A DNA stretch of 63,748 bases, the filler included, from Phoronis australis (taxonomy: Eukaryota; Animalia; Phoronida), in NCBI GenBank assembly GCA_002633005.1. It is 8 parts of 8 records of this genome, joined end to end, with 100 filler letters (N's around TTAATTAATTAA, not from the genome) between each part and the next. Parts side by side here need not be neighbours in the genome. Positions count along the whole stretch, not along the records: positions 62,399 to 63,748 come from NMRA01001286.1; 7 more parts are not named here. One strand, written 5' to 3'. Below the pieces are notes generated by a model that did no database searches, was not told the origin of the DNA, and saw only the letters and a program-made list of their open reading frames with translations. Below, piece after piece: positions 62,399-63,748 of the stretch (positions are counted from its first letter, which is position 1; each line of letters starts with the position of its first letter). A program made the translations under genes and the position numbers.

Positions 62399-63748
62399 TA
62401 CGCAGTTCAAGCTAGATAGTGGCGCAGACATCACAGTGATGGGAGACATAAATCCGTGGCTGGCTAAAACTAAGCTGGAACCAAACACCAATCTGACCAA
62501 CTGCTGAGGTGCCGGCAATGTGACACTGAACGACCGTATTGAATTTTTGGTATGATCCCAAAAGCCAAACTTTGTTGTGGTGATCGTCAGCTAGAAGAAG
62601 ATGTTTACGTCATGAAAGGACAACGCTTAAACCTGTTAAGCAAACGTGCCTGTGAACACTTCAAGCTTTTGATACCTTCAGCATCTGTCTATGTGGTAGA
62701 TGCAAAACCAGATTTTCGTGGGGAGTTCCCGAAGCTGTTTCAAGGTCTAGGCTGTTTGACCACACCCTACGAGATAAGTCTTCAACCTGACGCCAACCCT
62801 GTGTGTTTATACACTGCCAGACATGTGCCCCACCCTTTGCTTCCGCAGGTGGAAATAGAGTTAGAGTCTATGGAAAGACAGGGCATTATTTCCAAGGTTA
62901 CCCATCCTACTGAATGGTGTTCCGGCATGGTGTGCATCCCAAAGTCCAATGGCGGAGTGCGCATTTGCCGTGAGGCGTGAAGTTCACCCGATGTCATCTG
63001 TTGAGGACAGTCTGAGCAGTCTTAGTTGCGGTAAGCCAGTTATCTTCTCGAAATTAGATGCCAACTCAGGTTTCTGGCAGATTCCTCTACACAAAGCATC
63101 CAAAGACCTAACAACCTTCATCAGTCCCCTTGGATGTTTCAGGTTTAACAGACTTCCCTTTGGAATAAGCTCTGCCCCAGAGATTTTCCAACGCACGATG
63201 TCATCGATCGTTGAAGGTCTAGATGGTACCTTGTGTCATATGGACGACATACTCATCTATGGAAGCACTCAAAAAGAACACGACGAAAGAGTCCGTTCAG
63301 TACTTCAGCGTCTACAGGCTGCAGGCCTGACCCTGAACAACAAATGTGAGTTTTCCACATCAAAGATCAAGTTCCTGGGACACCTTATCAGCTCAGATGG
63401 GATAATGGCTGACCCAGAAAAGACGCAAGCAGTTAGAGATTTCCCTGTGCCCACAAATGTGACTGAGCTTCAAAGATTTAATGGCATGGTGAACCAGCTG
63501 GCGAAATTCCTACCTAATCTGGTGAAGCTGAATGAACCCCTGAGACAACTCTTGAGGAAAGACCAAGCCTTCCAATGGGATGAACCTCAACAAAGATCCT
63601 TTCAACAAGTAAAAGAAGCACTCGTCTCAACAGTCACACTGGCCCACTACGACCCTAGTCGTGAGACCATAGTAGCAGCTGATGCAAGCCAGTACGGCAT
63701 TGGTGCTGTATTGCTCCAAATTGATTCTGGTGGTAACAGAAGACCAGT
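62399..63748 (+). mobile_element. Ty3/Gypsy LTR-retrotransposon pol fragment (protease-RT-RNase H), disrupted, running off the window end
   Basis: FKLDSGADITV (protease); GIISKV..PTEWCSGMV..PK..GGVRIC; FSKLDANSGFWQI; RLPFGISSAPEIFQR; HMDDILI; KFLGH; ADASQYGIGAVLLQ. Small deletion/frameshift near 62970. Confidence 0.92.

Overview
AT-rich eukaryotic (metazoan, probably marine invertebrate) scaffold with spliced genes, many decayed transposons and seven artificial 100-bp gap spacers (N44-TTAATTAATTAA-N44). Host genes read from the sequence: the last 3 exons of a cytosolic SULT1-like sulfotransferase (+, 1804-7790); the last 2 exons of a PWWP3A/MUM1-like gene (-, 20346-22580); a sulfotransferase-fold protein with a single coding exon (-, 25965-27239); a complete 5-exon secreted PAN/apple + fibrinogen-domain protein (-, 39489-52226); and 6 exons of the USP53/USP54 catalytic domain (-, 58720-61667). 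A ~1.54-kb tandem repeat carries one intact tRNA-Lys(CTT) gene and one degenerate copy. Mobile DNA includes a Penelope-like relic with a degenerate hammerhead motif, a DIRS/Ngaro tyrosine-recombinase retrotransposon, a Gypsy pol fragment, a LINE fragment, two Academ-like relics, a fold-back Kolobok-like THAP element, a Helentron-associated (HINE-like) element, several nested MITEs and tRNA-like cassettes. I see no clearly new multi-gene system. The best leads are the PAN-FReD lectin, the intronless sulfotransferase, the tRNA-Lys array and the unusual non-autonomous elements. All family assignments come from motif recognition by eye, not database searches.
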